Below, one piece after another: positions 38,014 to 51,591 of a stretch of DNA of 64,000 nucleotides. Position numbers and translations under genes: made by a program. The stretch spans positions 93,216,484-93,280,483 of the forward strand of contig NC_083408.1 of NCBI RefSeq assembly GCF_020745735.1, given 5' to 3'. The notes beneath the pieces are model-generated. The model was given only the letters and a program-made list of their open reading frames with translations, made no database searches and was not told the origin of the DNA. This stretch comes from Hemiscyllium ocellatum (Eukaryota). Positions within the stretch are counted from its first letter, which is position 1. Every line of letters starts with the position of its first letter.

Positions 38014-39359
38014 TCTGGCAGGAGGAGGCTTCAATCACTAGCATTGCCATTTGGTCTATGATTTTATCAATAAGCTATGAGGCTCCTTTGTGCTGATTGA
38101 GTTGACTGATAATATTTGTAGTATCAAACAGCGCTGAAATAGGTCCTTTGTGCCTGTGTTAACTCCTTGAGAGATTTTTAATTTGTCCCAAATCTGTCCC
38201 AAGTCTTTGCGCTGTTTTGTTTTTCATTTTCATATCCATTTACCTTTCATCCTCATTTTTTGGAGCTAGATTGAATTAAATGCAGCCCGTTCCAATTCGT
38301 GCCGTGTTTGTTTGACAGGGTCTGTCTTAGTTTCCTATAGGTGGCCAAAACCTCCTGCTGCTGTTAAGTCAAAGGTGGAAGGTGTCATCTTCTCAGATGC
38401 CATCAGTGCCAGTGTTGGTTACCCAGCACTGGTGGCTTGTGGTTTGCTAATTTATTGTCAATCATCCTTCTTATGCAAAATTATTACTTATCTAATTATC
38501 AGTTGTCAAATATCGGCCTCAATAAAGACTTAACAATAAGAAACACTTGTTTTACATAACAATGTGTAGGTCATTGCATGATAGAAATAGGTACAATTAA
38601 CAGGAATAAGTTAAGACATGATTTCAAATATGAGATGCCAGATATGTTTACCTATATCTGTTTAAGATACACAGTGCAACGCCATATGTTTTTGTGAAGC
38701 TAATGCACCTCTAGCCTTAAACTCTTTTAGAACTTTTCCCTGATATGATATCTCCCCAGACTTTTATCCCCATAATTAACAATTCTACATTCAACTACTT
38801 TATGTATCCACTTTTACAATGACCATGACCTCATCTCCTAAGTGTCTAACTTCGCAAATGTAGGTTGTATCAAAGTTGCACAATTTTTCAAGATCCTGTT
38901 CTTCTCTGACTTGGAAGATTGGTTTGTCTTGAGGACCTTGATTCTATTTCTCTGTAAATCATTTCTCTACTGGAGGATCTTTTCTCTCTTCTACGTACTT
39001 TGCAGAAGATGATGTGGAGGTGCGGGTGTTGGACTGTGATATTGTGTGATTTTTAACTTTGCAGAAGATGTCACTCCTATTGCTGAACTCAGTAGTCAGT
39101 CAATTACCTTATCTGGAGAACTGCTAATCTACCAGGTTTCCATTACAATTAACTCTTTGCTGGTAATGGAGGCAGCTGCCCCATAATACCATCCGGGGAC
39201 CTTAAATTTCAGGCATGCCCAGCGTGGAAAACAATTAGGAAGTATCTACTTTTTGACTGCACCTTGAATTTGGAGATGTTGCTCTGGCTTTGAGGGAGCC
39301 ATATGCAACTCATCCTCACTGAGTTCAAGCAACCCTACAATCATAATCTGCTGATAGAT

Positions 39360-40400
39360 CTGTGGGTGGAAATGTGCACAGTGTGGGTGCAGGTGTGCCC
39401 AGCACAGGTGCAAGTTTGCATAGCGTGGGTGTAAGTGTGCTCAGACTGGGTGGGAGCATGCCCAGCACAGGTGGAAGTGTACCCAGTGTAGATGGAAGTG
39501 TGCTCAGCACAAGTGGAACTGTGTACAATGTGGGTGAAAGTGTGCCCAGCACAGGTGGAAGTGTGCTCAGTGAGTGTGGAAGTGTGCCCAGTGTTTCTGT
39601 ATGTGTGTCCAGTGTGTGTGAAAGCATGCTGAGTGTGTCTGGATGCGTGCCCAGTACCAGTGGAGAGGGGGTGGGGGAGTGTGCTTAGCGCGGGTGAGAG
39701 CATGCCCAGTCCAGTTGGGAGCTTGCCCAGATAGGGGGGGTGAGAGTGCCCAGTGCAGGGTAAGCGTGCCCTGCCTGGATGGGAATGTGCCCAGTGTGGA
39801 TGGAACTGTGCCCAGTGTGGGTGGAAATGTGCTCAGCATAGGTGAAAGCATGACCAGCGTGGCTGGAAGTGTGCCTAATGCTGGAGGAAGTGTGTTCAGT
39901 GTGGGTAGAAGCGTGCTCAGACTGGGTGGGAGCATGCCCAGTATGGATGGCAGTTGGCTCAGCATGCATGAAAGAGTACCAGCACTGGTGGAAATGTGCC
40001 CAGTGTGGTTGGAAGTGTGCTCAGTGTGGGTGAAAGTGTGCCCACTGTGGGCAGAAGTGTGCAAGCAAGAGTGAGCCCTCATTGGGAAAGCCCAGCATGG
40101 AGTGTCTGCAGACTGAGGGCTTAGGAAAGGACTGTAACATTTAACTTTTAACTTTTCTTTCTTTATTTTTCTGCTTTATACTAAGAAGAACCTAGTGATG
40201 AATTTTTAAACTTAGTTCTTTATATTTGTACCTAACATTTTGTACCTTTGTATCTAAGATGGTATTGGGAGTGGAAATATTGTACATTACTCTCTTATAA
40301 CTTTACGCTTCCACTCATAAAATTGTGTTATAGTCAATAATGGTTCCTTACAGAACACTCCAGTGAACTTGAGTACACATGACAATAAAGTCTAAACTGA
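39360..40400 (+). repeat. 21-bp minisatellite (~30+ units, to ~40060) ending in a Rex1/Babar-like 3' tail
   Basis: Unit GTGTGCCCAGCACAGGTGGAA and variants; T-rich linker; TGTATCTAAGATGG...GAGTACACATGACAATAAA. Confidence 0.8.
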
Positions 40401-41514
40401 ACCTAAACCTCACCTAATGCCTTGATCATAGTGGGACAGTATCAGTGGGCTGAATGGCCTACTTCTGGTCCTATTTCTCATTTTCAATGGATAGGAAATA
40501 TTTGCCAAATTGAATAAGAGAGAAAGTGGAGTTGACGACAATATGCAATTAGCTCAGCAGTAACTGTATTGCTGCAAGACTGTCTGAAAATTATTTTTGT
40601 CTGACAGCTGAAAATAGGTTTGTGGTTCTCTAATATATAAAAGCTAGTATGAAATTAAATGTGGTGAGCATTTCATCAAACATGGAGTGTTCCGAAATGA
40701 ACCACAATTTATTTTATCACAGTTGTATGAGTGGAGGTGTAAAGTTACATTCTACAAGTTAAATATGCATGGGAGTTTTTCATATGCTTCCAAAGTGAGT
40801 TTCATGTTGACAGATTTTATTATAACAGAGTCTCCTTGTGTAGTATTAATCAGGAGAATGATGTTGAAAATAACAGGTGCAGTCCCAACAAAGAAAGCAG
40901 ATTATAGGGAACGTCAGGAGCACAACGATCTGGGGGATATATGCAGACAAGTGGAACATATGGAAAATAAACCATGAAGCAATACATGACTCAACTGGTG
41001 CAGGAAGTTCTGAATTATGATTAGAAAACTTAATTAAAAACATAAACAGTATTTGCTTGACTCGTTCAGCAAGTCTGACAGAACTGTGGAGAACAAAACA
41101 GCATTAATGGGCTGGTGTTTCCCACTTCTGAGATGGAAACATGGGTTTTCCAAAACTGGGATGTGGGGTGGGGGTTTCAGAATGATGTATTTCCATCACC
41201 AGCAATACTTCCCATGGGAGGAGAGGTACAGCAATCAATTATATGAATTACTAAGGTAGGCATGAATAAAGACAATTACAAGTAAAATTTGTTATTATTT
41301 TCCACTGTTAGACTGCCATCCCAGAGTAGGGTAGGGCGTAAGGGAAGGGATGGGGGATTGGGAGCTGCCTTTACCATGCAAGTGGCCTCCCTGTAGCAGG
41401 CTAATGGCAGGAACATTAGTCAAGGGATGCTGACTATGCCTCAAGGAGGGGGCTATGACCCACCTCAGTGGTAACTACCTCCCTTAGCCAAGTTGTCAAG
41501 ACTCCAACAGTGAG

Positions 41515-42030
41515 CTGAAACAAGAATTGCTGGAGAAACTCAGCAGGGCTGGGAGCATCTGTGGAGAGAAAGCAAAGTTCACATTTCAAGTCCAGTGGCT
41601 TTTTTCCAGAACTGAGAGCAGATGGTTTTTATGCTGTTGATGGGGCCTGTTAAAGACATTGTTAATAGGGAGCAAGGAAAGAAGAAAAACTAGCTCAATG
41701 TTAATGGGGGCTATGAGTGACTGATAATGGGTTGGCTCAGTCAAAAGCAATGCATGGAATGACAGGACCTGAAGGGGTCAGAGTGGATAATCAACACAGA
41801 AAGAAGTGTTCATGTTCTAAGATGATTGAGCTCAATGTTGATTCCTGAAGGCTGCAGGGTCTCCAATTAAAGGATGGGGTGTTGTTCCTCTAGCATTTGT
41901 TGAGTCTTGCTAGAGCACTACAGCAAGCCTGATACAGAAACGTTTGCATGGCAACACGGTGGCATGTTGAAATGCCAGGTAACGGATGCTCAGGTTTGTT
42001 TTTACAGACAGAATATAGATGTTCACTTCA
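41515..42030 (-). mobile_element. PLE family 2 3' fragment (GIY-YIG C-terminus and end)
   Basis: Antisense frame WHFNMPPCCHANVSVSGLL*CSSKTQQMLEEQHPIL*LETLQPSGINIE parallels the PLE at 5114; the family 2 end lies at 41515-41610. Confidence 0.75.
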
Positions 42031-43045
42031 TTAGTAGTGAATCTGATGGTGACCTATAATCAAATAGGAACTGGGACAGTTTGGTATCTAGTGAAGCTGT
42101 AGGCTGTTTCTTTAAGCCTGCCATCAAAGTTTGGACTACATGGAGCTGCCTGTATATTTTGATGACCATTCAACTTTAGGAAGTACTGTAACTTCCTGCT
42201 GGTAAATGATGACCAGCTATCTGTGCCCGATACTTCCTCTAGCCTGTGTATTGCAGAAGATGCACACAGCCTTTTTATGTTATCACTGTGTTTGATGAAT
42301 GAACTCTATGAACGTCCAACCACTTTGAGTGAACATTCACAATGACTAAGAACACGGAGTTCATTAAAGGACATACATAGTCAACGTGTAACTCAGTCCA
42401 GGGTTTACCCAGCCCTTCCAACAAGTGTGGGGCAGCTGCTGGTGGCAATTTTTGTCTTTGTTGGCACTCTGGGCACTGTCCCACCAACGCAGCTATGTCT
42501 GCATCCAATCCTGGTCGCCGGTATTTAGCAGTGGCCTATGCTTGGGACAACCACTCTTACCCCACCAACCCCCCCCCCACCACCCTCCACTGTGATCTGG
42601 TCTCTCCTGGTCCAAAAATGTTTCAGTTCTAGTTGTGATGGATCTTTAGTTTCCCCCATCACTACCAGCTATTTCAGCTTTGCCAGGACTGGATCTTTCT
42701 CCATCAAAAGTCTGATATTGTCAGCTGCGACTGTAAGTGTGTTCAGAACCCTCACAGCATAGGGGTCCGGGGTTCAATTCCATCATTGGCGATGGTTGGT
42801 GTGGAGTTTGCACATTCTCCCCGTGTCTGCATGGGTTCTCTCCTGGTGCTCCGGTTTCCTCCCACAGTCCAAAGATGTGAAGGCTAGGTTGATTAGCCAT
42901 GTGAAATGCGGGGTTATAGGGATTGGGTAGGGGGGTGGGTCTGGGTGGGCAGTGCTTCAGAGGGTCAGTGTGGACTCGATGAGCCAAATGGCCTGCTTCC
43001 ACACTGTAGGGATTCTATGAGTCTGGAGGTGAATTCTTGTTGCAA
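42030..43045 (-). pseudogene. Gypsy/Ty3 integrase fragment, interrupted by an HE1 SINE
   Basis: ORF 42275-42508: CPECQ zinc finger, PW..LHVDY..P...FLVIV...SKW. Upstream remnant KDPVLAKLK at ~42680-42710. Confidence 0.85.
42751..43020 (+). mobile_element. HE1-type V-SINE
   Basis: V-domain GTGTGGAGTTTGCACATTCTCCCCGTGTCTGC and tail GGCCTGCTTCCACACTGTAGGGATTCTATGA. Confidence 0.92.
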
Positions 43046-44119
43046 CTTCTTATTGTCATTTCAGTATTTATAAGGGCTGTTCTATTTCTGCGTCGAGTCA
43101 ATTGTAACCATCAGGACGTTGACCGTGGGGACTCAGCAATATTTCAAGGTCAAGGGGAGGGACAGTTAGAACATTTGCGTTCATCATTGTCCATACAACT
43201 TTTACTTACCACTTAGAAACCAAAGCCGGAATGTTGTCCCAGTCTTGATGCTTTGAAAAAGTAGTCTGCTTCAGTAACAGAGGAAAAAGTTAAATACTTC
43301 AAATGCTAGGAATCTAAAATAAATAGAAATGCAGGAGAAACGTAGTATCTGTAGAGAGACAGACCTAAAATTTTGAGTCCAAAAATGAGTTTATTCTCAT
43401 GAGACGAAATGACTGGAAAATGCTGGGTTTAGTGCTGTTAACTGAGGGGGAGGACGTGTGAGTGGAACAGATGGTGACAGTGCCCAAAGTAAAGGACAAA
43501 TTGAGTGCTAATGGTGGTAAAGGACCGATAGAGATGTCAGATAAGTGTACACGATAGGTGTGAAAAGGAAAAAAAAATGTACTGCGCAGCAGTGCAGCCC
43601 ACATTTCAGAATTCATTGCAGTGTTATCTTGTATTTGATGCTCATGTCCAAGAGCATGGCTTTAATTTGTCATAAATCCACAGAGCCTGAAGATTTAATA
43701 ATAAAAAAAATGCATGTCAGAAGTATTCCCAAGCTGTATCTTTACATTTTCAGCTGTCAGACTTGCTTAGTGAGAATATTAGCAGCCCATGGGTTCAAGT
43801 CCCACTTTTGGACTTAGGCTTGTAATTACAGCTGATTGTCCAGTGTTGTAAAACAGTAGTGTCATGTGTGCAATTATTACCACTGCAATACAATGTAAGA
43901 TTGCAGGGAGATGGGAGGCAGGTAGATGCTGATATCTGACAGCAACTTCTGTAGGAAGAATGGAAAATTTCTTCTAGTCATCAGCAATCCCTCAGCAACA
44001 GTAAAGAAAAAAAAATGCTGAATTAGTTACTCACTTCATGTTGTCAGTTGGATGCTGCTGTGTTCAGCTAGGGTGCAAGGTTTAATTTTACGACAAAAGT
44101 GACTTGAAAGCTTGGGTTG

Positions 44120-46545
44120 TCCTAAAAGGCATGTGGTTTCTTGAGAAATAGTGACTGAGGAGTCAGTGCGGGAGGACTTTGGTGACAGTGACCATAATGC
44201 TGTTAGTTTTAAAATAGTGATGGAAAAGAATAGACTGCATCTTTTGGCGGCATGGTGGCTCAGTGGTTAGTACGCTGCCTCACAGCACCAGGGTTCCAGG
44301 TTCGATTCTAGCCTCGAGCGACTGTCTGTGTGGGGTTTGCACGTTCTTCCCTTGTCTGCATGGGTTTCCTCCAGGTACTCCGGTTTCCTTCCACAGTCCA
44401 AAGATGTGCAAGTTTGGTGAATTGGCCATGCTAAATTGCTCATAGTGTTAGGTGCATTAGTCAGAGGGAAATGGGTCTGGGTGGGTTACTCTTCGGAGGG
44501 TCGGTGTGGATTGTTTGGGCCGAAGGGCCTGTTTCCACACTGTAGAGAATCTAACCTAATCTAAAAGTTGAAGTACTAAATTGGAGCAAGGCCAATTTTG
44601 ACAGTATGAGGCAAGAACTTTCAAAAGTTCACTGGGGCAGCGGTTCACAGATAACCAAATGGCTGGAAAATAGGAAGTCTTCAAAAATGAGATAATGAGA
44701 GTCCAGAGACAGTAGTCTTATTAGGGTGAAAGGCAAAGCTGGTAAGTGTAGGCAATGCTGGATGGCTAGAGAAATTGAGGTTTTGGTCAAGAAAAAGAAA
44801 GAAACATATGTCAGAAGAGTATATTTAAGAGGGTACTCAGGAGGGCAAAAAGGGGACATGAGATAACTTTGGCAAATAGGGTGAAGGAAAATCCAAAGGG
44901 ATTTTATGAATACATTAAGGACAAAAATGTAACTCGGGAAAGAATAAGGCAGCCTTTGTGTGGAACCGCAGGAGATGGGGAGTTAGTAAATGAATAACTT
45001 GCATCAGTGTTTACTGTGGAGAAAGACATGGAAGACATAGAACGTCGAGAAATAGATAGTGACATCTTAAAAAATGTCCATATTACAGAGGGGAGGTGCT
45101 GGATGTCTGAAAACACATAAAGGTGGATAAATCCCAGGTGTACCCTAGAACTCTGGGGAAGCTATGGAAGTGATTGCTGGGCCCCTTGTTGAGATAGTTG
45201 TATCACCGATAATCATAAATGAGGTGCCAGAAGACTGGAGCTTGGCTAACATGGGGTGCTACTATTTAGGGAAGGTGATAAGGAAAAGCTAGGGAATGAT
45301 ACACCAAAGAACCTGACATCAGTGATGGGCAAGTTGTTGGAGTGAATCCTGAGGGACAGGATTTACATGTATATGGAAAAGTAAGGACTGATTAGGAATA
45401 GTCAACATGGCTTTGTGCATGGGAATTTATGTCTCACTGACTTGATTGAGTTTTTTGAAGTAGAAATGAAGAGGATTGATGAGGACAGAGTGGTCAATGT
45501 GATCTATATTGACTTCTGCAAAACGTTTGACAAGGTTCCTCACTGTAGACTGGTTAACATGGCTAGATCACATGGAATGTAGGGAGAACTAACCATTCGG
45601 ATACAGAACTGGCTCAAAGGTAAAAGACAGACTGTAGTGGTGCAGGGTTGCTTTTCAGACTGGAGGCCTGTGACCAGTGATGTACCACGAGGATCGGTGC
45701 TGGGTCCACTGCTTTTAGTCATTTACCTAAATAATTTAGATGTAAACATAGGAGGAATAGTTAGTAAATTTGCAGATGACACTAAAATTGGAGTTGGAGT
45801 GGACTTTGAAGAAGGTTACCTCAGATTACAGTGGGATCTTGAGCAGAAGGGCCAATGTGCTAAGGAGTGGCAGAAGAAATTTCATTTGGATCAATATGCT
45901 GCATTTAGAAAAACAAACCAGAAGAGGAAATATACATATAATAGTAAAGTCCTGGGGTGTGTTGCTAAAAATAAAGACCCTGGGGTGCAGGTTCATAGTT
46001 TCTTGAAAGTGGAATCACGAGCAGATAGGATATTGAAGAAAGTGATTAGTGTGCTTTCCTTTATTGGTCAATGCATTGAACACAGGAGTTGGGAGGTCAT
46101 GTTAGGCCACTTTTGGAATATTGTGTGCAATTCTGGTCTCCGTCCTACCAGAAGGATGTTATGAGTTCCAGGGAGAGGCTGAATAGGCTGAGGCTGTTTT
46201 CAGAGGCTGAGGAGCATGGATAGGGTAAATAGACAAGATCTTTTCCCTGGGGTGGGGGAGTTCAGAACTAGAGGGCATAGCTTTACGGTGAGAGGAGACA
46301 GATTTAAAAGGGAACATGCAAAAGGTGGTGCGTGTATAGAATGAGCTGCCAGGCGAAGTGGTAGAGGCTGGTACAATTACAACATTTAAGAGGCATCTGG
46401 ATGGGTATATGAATAGGAAGGGCTTAGAGGGATATCAACTTAATGCTGGCAAATGGGATGAGATTAATTTTGGATACCTGGTCAGCATGGACTAGTTGGA
46501 CCGCGAAGTCTGTTTCCGTGCTGAAGGTCTCTATGACTCTATGAC
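44120..46545 (+). mobile_element. CR1 (HER1-type) LINE, 5'-truncated, decayed ORF2
   Basis: SDHN-like motif at ~44188, QHGF, DVPRGSVLGPLL, SKFADDTKIG (ORF 45637-46164); ends CTCTATGACTCTATGAC; multiple stops and frameshifts. Confidence 0.95.
44246..44562 (+). mobile_element. HE1-type V-SINE inserted in the CR1
   Basis: Full head, V-domain and tail ending in CTAA repeats. Confidence 0.93.
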
Positions 46546-47390
46546 TTGATTTATTATTGTCACATGTACTGAAATGCAATGAAAAGTTTTGTTTTTTATA
46601 CAGTACAGACAAATCAAACATACAAAAATCAGAGGGTGAATAAACAGAACAAGGAATACAAAGTTATGGCTGCAAAGAAGGCTCCACAAAGCAAGATCAA
46701 TATTTGAATTTTGAGAGGCCCACTCAGAAGCAGGGAAGAAGCTATTCTTGAAGCTGTTGGTATGTGTGTTTAAGCTTTGTATCTTCTACCTGAAGGAAGA
46801 GTTTGTTAGAGTTTATAAAGAGACTGTGAGGGGTCTTTGATAATGTTGCCTGCCTTTGTGAGGCAGCAAGAAGTGTAGATGGAGTCAATGGATGGAAGGT
46901 TGGCTTGCGTGATGGTCTGAGCTGTGTTCACAACTTCTTACAGTCCTGGGTGGAGCAGTTATCATACCAAGCTGTGATGCATCCAGATCGATGCATCATA
47001 GAAAGCTTTGTATAAAAGTTAGTGAGAGTCCTTATGGACATGATGAATTTCCTTAGCTTCCTGAGGAAAAATAGACATTGTTATGTCTTCTTGACTGTTG
47101 TATCAATGGGGGGTGGTCTAGGACAGATTGCTGGTGATCGTCACTCCGAGAAACTTGACGCTTATGACTATCTCCACTTCAGCAGCATTGATGTAGATAG
47201 GGGTGTGTCCTCCTCCTTCCTTCTTGATATCAATGACCAGCTCTTTAGTTTTGCTGATGTCAAGGGAGAAATTGTTATCTTCATACCATGCTACCAAGCA
47301 CTCTCTCTGTTTCCTGTATTTTGTCTTGTCATTGATATACAGCCTACAACGGAGGTGTCGTCAGTCAACTTGTAGATGGAGTTTGGATGA
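46546..47390 (-). mobile_element. Rex1/Babar LINE 3' fragment, tail-to-tail with the CR1
   Basis: Antisense frames NSIYKLTDDTSVVG (cf. IYKFADDTTVVG), ..FLRKLRKF.., SGCITAWY; 3' tail CTTTTCATTGCATTTCAGTACATGTGACAATAATAAA. Confidence 0.85.
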
Positions 47391-48149
47391 AATAATGGAT
47401 GTTTTGTACACCCTAACAAAATATAATCAAATCAATAGAAATAGAAAATGTGGGAAAGAGACAATTGAACATGACAAAAGACAAATGGAAAGAAAGCGTA
47501 TGAGGTAAATATGTCAGATATTACAAAGGAACAAATACAGATGTTGCAGTTGTGAGCATGATTTATTTTTACAAAGCAGAAAAGTGATGAATGTTTCTGA
47601 ATGACTCATAATAGAAGTTTCAGTCATAGAGTTACAAGCAACAGAAGATCAACAGCTTGGATTTACATGATGCATGATATAACACAATGAACTATCGCGA
47701 GGCACCTCACAGGACCATTACCAAACAAATTTTGACAATAAATCACATAACGAGATATGATGATAGAAGGACAAATTATACAGTAGACTTTATGAAATAT
47801 CTGAAAGGAATTTAGCACACGACATGGACAGGTATTTGGAGAAAGTTATAGAGTGTAGGGCTCAGTAACTGAAGCCAGACCCATGGTAGATTGATACAAC
47901 AACACCGAGATATCGCAACGTGATGAACAAGGCCCCTCTCATCAGATCATTCCCACATGCTGGATTCTTAACTTCCTGCACATGTTTCCCTTGAGATGTT
48001 GAGATGGGAAGTGACTGTTGTTAACCTCCTTGTGGAATATGACTTTGCAAAGACAATCTGGAGAGAGTTGCAATGTTTTTTGTCAAAGAGGATTGTGCTC
48101 TAAGAGTCATTTCCAGGGAGGAACATGTAATATTTTATAAATTCCACTT

Positions 48150-48560
48150 TGGAAATAGAACCAGTCTGACTCAAGATTGGAATACAGACAGACTCTGACC
48201 TCTCACCTTTAATGCATTGTCTGAGCTGAGGTGTCACCTTTTGTTATAAAAACCTAAGTTAGCTCGAAAAGATGACTTAAAAGAAGTTCTGGGATTTACA
48301 TATTAATGAACAGAAAACCTGTAACCCATTCTAAAAGATGAAAGACTTAACATCCCAGGTTAGTTCAATATAGCACTGTATGACACTGTGATCTTTTGCT
48401 ATAAATTCTGTGTCTTATGATCTTATACTCCACAACCACCTAATGAAGGAGCAGTACTCCGAAAGCTAGTGCTTCCAAATAAACCTGTTAGATTATAACC
48501 TGGTGTTATGTGGTTTTTGACATTTGTCCATCCAAGTCCAACATTGGCTCTTCCACATCA
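48150..48560 (+). mobile_element. PLE family 3 3' end with degenerate hammerhead (~48440-48469); a second short copy at ~56195-56290
   Basis: CTAATGA-A-GGAG CAGTA CTCC-GAAAGCTA: helix II and palindromic AGCT. The downstream GTGCTTCCAAATAAA..TATAACCTGGTG is shared with 56230. Confidence 0.6.
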
Positions 48561-48716
48561 ATGTAATTATTAAATGTGGTTATGGGATTATCAACTCAGT
48601 GAGTGATGCTGTGATCTGCATGAATCTTGTTTCTTTTTCAGTCAAGGAGTTTCAAAGTGGCACATACCAAAGCCATGACTGTATGCTGTGGGACATGCTA
48701 AAGCTTTGGGAAAGAT

Positions 48717-48930
48717 GAGATACAAATAGAAATTGCTGGTAAAGCTCAGCAGGTCTGGTAGCACCTGTGGAGAGAAATCAGAGTTAACATCTCAGGTTGA
48801 ATGAACCTGTCACTTGACTTGAAATGTTTACTCTGATTCGCTTCACAGACACTGCCAGACCTGCCGAGCTTTTCCAGCAATTTCTATTTGCGTCACTGAT
48901 TTACAGCATCCACAGTTGTTTTGGTTTTTA
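48717..48930. mobile_element. Palindromic mini-PLE, family 2
   Basis: Inverted arms as at 19817; perfect 12-bp TSD TTTGGGAAAGAT at 48705-48716 and 48931-48942. Confidence 0.88.
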
Positions 48931-49825
48931 TTTGGGAAAGATTGCTGTCTCATTATTTTCAGCCTGAGTACATTGAGGAGCTACAAACCTATTTAGTCAG
49001 ATACCTGCAAAAATGTACATTGTGAACAATAGGAGTAATAAGGCACTTAAAAAGTGGAACATGATCTTTGGAGAAAAAAATTCTTTTAACTATTGCCCTT
49101 GGTGTAGTTTTCCATTTGAAATAGTTTACCCTTGGGTGTCTGTCTGACATAGAATGTATATTGTATAGAAAGAGGACACTATGCTTTCATTGGAAACCTA
49201 AGAGTGGAACATATATTGAGACAGGTAGAATTTTATTGTAATTTTAATGGTATCATTGTTTAACTGCGAACTAACATAGGCTAGAGATTAGCAGTGTAGT
49301 TATTCCAAGATAGCAACATGTTGTGATTAAAATGAAATGGCCCATTCTCCAAGTTATTAATGAACACTGTGTGGGGCTCTGAAAGCATTAAAATTTCCTC
49401 TTTATTTATGCCATTAAGCAAAGAATTGGAAAACAGAATTGCTTAAGTCACTTCATGCCATTTCTGCTACTCATTTGATTTGTTTTGAGGACACTTTGTT
49501 TGGTCTTAAAGCTGCCTTGATTACTGAATTTCTATCTGTCATTTGCTTGGCACAAAGAACTGAATTCTCTCTGTTTTGATGTTTCCCTTTCAAAACTGGA
49601 AGGTATCACAAACAAAGATTCATAACAGTCCTTTAAGAATTACAGTCCTATTATATCTCCTGCCCAAATCAACTGATGTGGTCCTATTGCTCTTGGGGGT
49701 GAAATAGATAGTGTGCTACTTTAATTTGATGAATATTATTTATTCACAATGTGGGCATTACTGGCTAGAACAGCATTTATTGTTCATTCCTAATTGCCCC
49801 AGAGGACAGTTAAGAGTCAACAACT

Positions 49826-51591
49826 AGGTAAAAACAATGACTGCAGATGCTGGACCAGATTCTGGATTAGTGGTGCTGGAAGAGCACAGCAGCATCTGAG
49901 GAGCAGTAAAATCGACGTTTCGGGCAAAAGCCCTTCATCAGAAATAAAGGCAGAGAGCCTGAAGGGTGGAGAGATAAGCTAGAGAAGGGTGGAGGTGGGG
50001 GAGAAAGTAGCATAGAGTAAAATAGGTAACTGGGGGAGGGGACGAAGGTGATAGGTTAGGGAGGAGGGTGGAGTGGATAGGTGGAAAAGAAGATGGGCAG
50101 GTAGGACAAGTCATGGGGACAGTGCTGAGATGGAAGTTTGGAACTCGGGTGAGGTGAGGGAAGGGGAAATGAGGAAACTGTTGAAGTCCACATTGATGCC
50201 CTGGGGTTGAAGTGTTCTGAGGTGGAAGATGAGGCATTCTTCCTCCAGGCGTCTGGTGGTGATGGAGCAGCAGTGAAAGAGGCCCAGGATCTCCATGTCC
50301 TCGGCAGAGTGGGAGGGGGAGTTGAAATGTTGGGCCACAGGACAGTGTAGTTGATTGGTGCGGGTGTCCTGGAGATGTTCCCTAAAGCGCTCTGCTAGGA
50401 GGTGTCCAGTCCCCCCAATGTAGAGGAGACCACAGGAGCAACAAATACAATAAGTGATATTGGTGGATGTGAAGGTAAACTTTGATGGATGTGGAAGGCT
50501 CCTTTAGGACCTTGGATAGAGGTGAGGGAGGAGGTGTGGGCGCAGGTTTCGCAATTCCTGCAGTGGCAGTGGAAGGTGCCAGGATGGGAGAGTGGGTTGT
50601 ACGGGGGGCGTGGACCTGACCAGGTAGTCACGGAGGGAATGGTCTTTGCAGGAGGCAGAAAGGGGTGGGGAGGGAAATATATCCCTGGTGGTGGGGTCTC
50701 TTTGGAGGTGGCAGAAATGTCAGCAGATGATTTGGTTTATGCGAAGGTTGGTAAGGTGGAAGGTGAGCACCAGGGGCGTTCTGTCCTTGTTACGGTTGGA
50801 GGGGTGGGGTCTGAGGGTGGAGGTGCGGGATGTGGACGAGATGCGTTGGAAGGCATCTTTAACCACATGGGAAGGGAAATTGCGGTCTCTAAAGAAGGAG
50901 GCCATCTGGTGTGTTCTGTGGTGGAACTGGCCCTCCACTGGTCCTCCTGGGAGCAGATACAGTGGAGGCGGAAGAATTGGGAATACGGGATGGCATTTTT
51001 GCAAGAGGTGTAATCCAGGTAGCTGAACTGGTTGGGGAGACTGGATGCCTTCGCGCAGAGCGTTTTAGGAAACATCTCCGAGACACCTGCATCAATCAAC
51101 CACACCGCCCTGTGGCCCAACATTTCAACTCCCCCTCCCACTCTGCCGAGGACATGGAGGGCCTAGGCCTCCTTCACCGCCGCTCCCTCACCACCAGATG
51201 CCTGTAGGAAGTACGCCTCATCTTCTGCCTCGGAACACTTCAACCCCAGGGCATCAATGTGGACTTCAACAGCTTCCTCATTTCTCCTTCCCCCACCTCA
51301 CCCTAGTTCCAAACTTCCAACTCAGCACTGTCCCCATGACTTGTCCTACCTGCCTATCTTCTTTTCCACCTATCCACTCCACCCTCCTCCCTGACCTATT
51401 ACCTTCATCCCCTCCCCCAGTCACCTATTGTATTCTATTTCTCTCCACCCCCACCCTTCTCTAGCTTATCTCTCCACCCTTCAGGCTCTCTGCCTTTATT
51501 CCTGATGAAGGGCTTTTGCCCGAAACATCGATTTTACTGCTCCTCGGATGCTGCCTGAACTGCTGTGCTCTTCCAGCACCACTAATCGAGA
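49826..51591. mobile_element. Neptune-type PLE with 5' inversion (~550-bp inverted arms) inserted in a SINE B copy
   Basis: - strand copy 49826-~51020 and + strand copy ~51025-51591. 14-bp TSD AAGAGTCAACAACT at 49812-49825 and 51592-51605. Hammerhead cores near 49913-49940 (-) and 51503-51529 (+). Host SINE B (-) at 49735-49825 and 51592-51693. Confidence 0.93.

Noticed and set aside
36663-38096. Long ORFs (up to 423 aa) rich in H/T or C/V
   Set aside because: They are translations of the TG/CA satellite, not genes.
38398-38436. Small GC-rich hairpin GCCATCAGTGC...GCACTGGTGGC
   Set aside because: Too short for a miRNA precursor and has no other support.
39325-40082. ORFs with 7-aa periodicity; array superficially CRISPR-like
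   Set aside because: A head-to-tail 21-bp minisatellite with no unique spacers and no cas genes, in eukaryotic DNA.
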